The translations under genes were made by a program, and so were the position numbers. Under the pieces are notes generated by a model, which was not told where the DNA came from, searched no databases, and saw only the letters and a list, made by a program, of their open reading frames with translations. From Hemiscyllium ocellatum (lineage: Eukaryota), in NCBI RefSeq assembly GCF_020745735.1, contig NC_083409.1:16168789-16232788 (forward strand): a stretch of 64,000 nucleotides of DNA, written 5' to 3'. The first letter of the stretch is position 1; each line of letters starts with the position of its first letter. This document shows positions 60,527 through 64,000 of the stretch, piece after piece.

Positions 60527-63500
60527 TCTCTGTCTCATAGCCACTCTCTCCAACTCACTGATGCTTTCTCACTCCATCTTATCATCTGTTTCTCCATCTC
60601 TCACTGTCTCTGTTACTCGCTCCCTCTCTCACTTCAATTAAAAGCCTCCAATTGTTATCTGTCACTCTCTATTCCTCCCTCTTTCTCTCTCCTTCCCTCT
60701 CGACCTCCCAATTTACAGTCTCTCTCCCTCTCTCTCTCTGTCATTATAAATCTACCCATACTCATCTCTCTCTCTCACACTCAACCCTACCCTCCCTCTC
60801 AACTCTCTTCATGCTTAGTCTCACACCCATCCTGTCTCTCTCTCTCTCTCTCTCTCCTTGTCTCTTTCTCTCTCTCCATCCCTCTCAGTCACACTGTCTC
60901 ACATCTTGTTTCACTCTCTATCCCTCAGCCTCACCATTTCTACCTCCCTCTAACTCTCTCGGTCCCCTCACATATCTTACACCGTATCAGATGCTCGTCC
61001 CTCTATCTCTCTCTCTCACTTTCTTTCTTTCTTTCTCTCTCTCTCACTCACACACACACACACACACGCACGCCCACACTCACTATTTTTCCCTCCATCT
61101 CTCTCTCTGCCTCACTGCTCTCTCTTTCTGACAGTGTCCTGGGTGGTGACAGTTGAATGCAGGATAAATCTCCCTCTGCTCTGCCCCACTAATGGATGTT
61201 AACCCTTGACCCCTGTCTTCTCCTGGAGTAAGGCCCCATTTCCACGTTGACCAGGGTTTGGCCTCTGTCAGGAAGATGGACAGATTCTGGTCAAATGAAG
61301 GGCAGTTCTGTGCTGTTCTGTACTGTTGGCCTATTCTCACTGGGGACTGATTTGGACACAAAGCTCATTCCATGAAGGCCCAGCAGAGAGAGGAGATCCT
61401 CAGGCCATCAGCGTGAGTTGGAGGCACAGGACAAGCTCTGACCCACTGACCCATCCTGTCCATTCACAACATGTTCCAATCCCTTCCCCTCTCCTTCCCC
61501 TTCCATGGTCAGTCTTTTCTGAAATGGAGTGGTCCCTTCCCTGTCTCACACCAAGGAGGAGATGGACAGATATTTAATGGGTAATGGGTTAAAGGATGAT
61601 GGAGAGTGGGCAGGAAAGTGGAGTTGAGTCTGAGATGGGATCAGCCATGATTGTATTAAATGGTGGAGTGGGCTCGAGGGGCTGAATTGCCTGCTCCTGC
61701 TCCTAGTTCTTATGTTCCTCCACCCTCTCCCCCATCCCTCTTACTGCAACTTTGTGAACATTCTTGGAATGTTTGGACATTGAAGGAGTTATGTGAATTC
61801 AAGATTTGTGTGGATTTAATGTGGGGACAGAATTGCACACGGGCTGTGATAGCTCCTGCGGTTGAATATCCTGCTGGCAGGCTTCCGCCTTCCATATACA
61901 GAATGGGGAAGTGGGGGAGGTGGGAATGTACTGCTGGGGTACACGGCACTGTCCTCTAACAATGTGGTTGACTCTCTAGTGCCCTCTGAAATGGCCGCGC
62001 AAGGCTCTCAGTTTTATCAATTGTGACAATGTTTCAACAAAGAAATGAGACCGGACGGACCACAGGCATCGATCTAGACACCGAAAAGACAATGACAGAA
62101 ACAGTCCTGTCTACCCTGCTCTGTCCTCCTTACTGACATTTGGGAGTTAGTGCCAAATTCAGGAGAGCTGTCTCACAGACTAGTCAAGCAACAGCCTGAC
62201 ACTGTCATACTCACAGAACCATATAGACAATGTCCCAGACACTACCATCACTGTCCCTGCATGTGTCCTGTCCCACCAGAAAGGCAGACCCAGCAGAGCT
62301 GATGACACAGTGGTCTACAGCCAGAAGGGAGTTACCCTGGGAAATCTCAAAGCTGGCTCTGGACCTCATGACACCAGGTTAAACATGGGCGAGGAAACCT
62401 CCTGGTGATTACAAGATATCTTGCTCCCTCGGCTGATGAATCAGTCTCTCCTGGGTGTTGAACAACATTTGGAGGAAGCACTGAGGGTGATGACAGCAGA
62501 GAGTGTACTCTGGGTGGGGGGTTTCAATGTCCACCACTGAGAGTGGCTCGGCAGCAGCATTACTGATCGAGCTGGTTGGTTCCTCATGGGTGTAGCTGAG
62601 GGACTGGCTCTGCAGCTGGAACCAAAAGATGGAAAAAGATGCTTGACCCCATCCTCACCAATCTTGTGGCTGTAGATGCATCTGTCCTTGACAGTGTTGG
62701 TAAGAGTGACCATCACACAGTCCTTGTGGAAACAAAGTCTGACCTTCACATTGAGAATCCCCTCCATTGTGTTGTGTGGTACTATCACCGTACTAAATAG
62801 GACAGACTCCAAACAGATATTGCAACTCAAGGCAAACTCGTAAATGGGGATGATTGCCAAAGATTGCATAATGCTCAGCACTCTTCTCAACTCCTCAGAT
62901 ACTGAAGCAGTCCACGTGCAAATGCAACAATATCTGGACAATATCCAGGTTTTGTCTGAGAAGTGACATTTCCCATTGGTGCCATGCAAATGCCAGCCAA
63001 TCACCATCACCAATAAGAGACAAACTTAACATCGCCCCTTGACAATCAATGCTATTACCATCACTGAATCCCCACGATCAACATTCTTGAGGTGCCATTG
63101 ACCAGAAACACAACTGGATTCACCAAAGAAACACAGTGGTTACAAGAGCAAGTTAGAGGCTAGGAATACTGCATCCAGTAATTCAACTCCTGATCCCCCA
63201 AAGCCTGTCAACCAAGTCAGGAGTGTGAGCAAATACTCCCCACTTGCCTGGACAGGTGCAGCTCCAACAACATTCACAGAGTCATACAGCACAGGAACAA
63301 ACCCTTAAGCCAAACTTCTACATGCTGACCAGGTTTTCTGAAGTGAACTCATCTTATTTGCCTGCATTTCACACATATCCCTTGAAACCTTTCCTATCTA
63401 TGTCGATTGTATCCTATGTCTTTCTTATCCACTCAAAAAGCTTGATACCATCCAGAGCAAAGCAAACTCCTTGATTGGCATCGCATTCTCAAAGCATCCA

Positions 63501-64000
63501 AACTCACCGTCACTGACGCTCCATAGCAGCAGTGTGTATTATCGAAAAGATGCACTGCAGAAATTCATCACTGATCTTCAGATAGCACCTTCCAAACCCA
63601 TGGACAAAAATAGAAATTGCAGGAAAAGCTCAGCAGGTCTGGCAGCATCTTGGAGAGAAATCAGAATTAACATTTCAGGTTGAGCATGAAATATTAACTC
63701 TGATTTCTCTTCACAGATGCTGCCAGACCTGCTGAGCTTTTCCAGCACTTTCTATTTTTGTCTCAGATTTACAGCATCTGCAGTTCTTTTGGTTTCCCTC
63801 CAAACCCACGTTCACTTCCATTTAGAACAAGAGCAGCAGATACATGGGAACACTGTGAGCTGCAAGTTCCCCTCGAAAAAGCTTAGCATCCGGACTTGGA
63901 AATACGTCGCTGATCCCTCAGCCTTGCTGGGTTAAAATGCTGGCATTGTGGGTCAACTTACAGCTTGTGGACGATAACAATTCAAGATGGCAGCTTCCCA

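Larger units (their letters stand above)
51464..64000 (+). repeat. Near-identical direct copy of 1806-14438 (segmental duplicate or uncollapsed haplotype)
   Basis: Colinear match starting right after the 13-N gap; offset about 49.56-49.66 kb; identical ORF translations; scattered SNPs and small indels. Confidence 0.93.

Overview
Repeat-dense eukaryotic DNA, most likely from a shark (inferred from the Ig sequences and repeat families; bamboo/nurse-shark-like). It contains an immunoglobulin kappa-type (shark type III/NS4-like) light-chain locus in cluster organisation. There are three unrearranged leader-V-12RSS ... 23RSS-J units: cluster 1 (minus, 9624-8553), cluster 2 (plus, 40486-41561) and cluster 3 (minus, 59190-58120). 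Only one C exon lies in the window (plus, 50069-50392). Clusters 1 and 2 are head-to-head arms of an inverted duplication (about 1-15.7 kb vs about 34.0-49.0 kb). 51464-64000 is a near-identical direct copy of 1806-14438 that starts at an assembly gap and may be an uncollapsed haplotype. Cluster 2 carries several lesions: a V frameshift, a TACAGTG heptamer, a variant J nonamer and a GC donor. The C exon has four small deletions as assembled. Most of the rest is decayed CR1-type LINEs, other APE-type LINE fragments, tRNA-derived SINEs and microsatellites. It also holds short fold-back Penelope-derived elements, several with target-site duplications, that carry minimal hammerhead-ribozyme core motifs. 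The main leads are: possible inversional recombination between closely spaced clusters; a conserved ETS-IRF/E-box/RUNX block upstream of both inverted clusters; a lone heptamer in the J-C intron of all three clusters; and the hammerhead-bearing fold-back elements. Repeat boundaries were judged by eye and are approximate.
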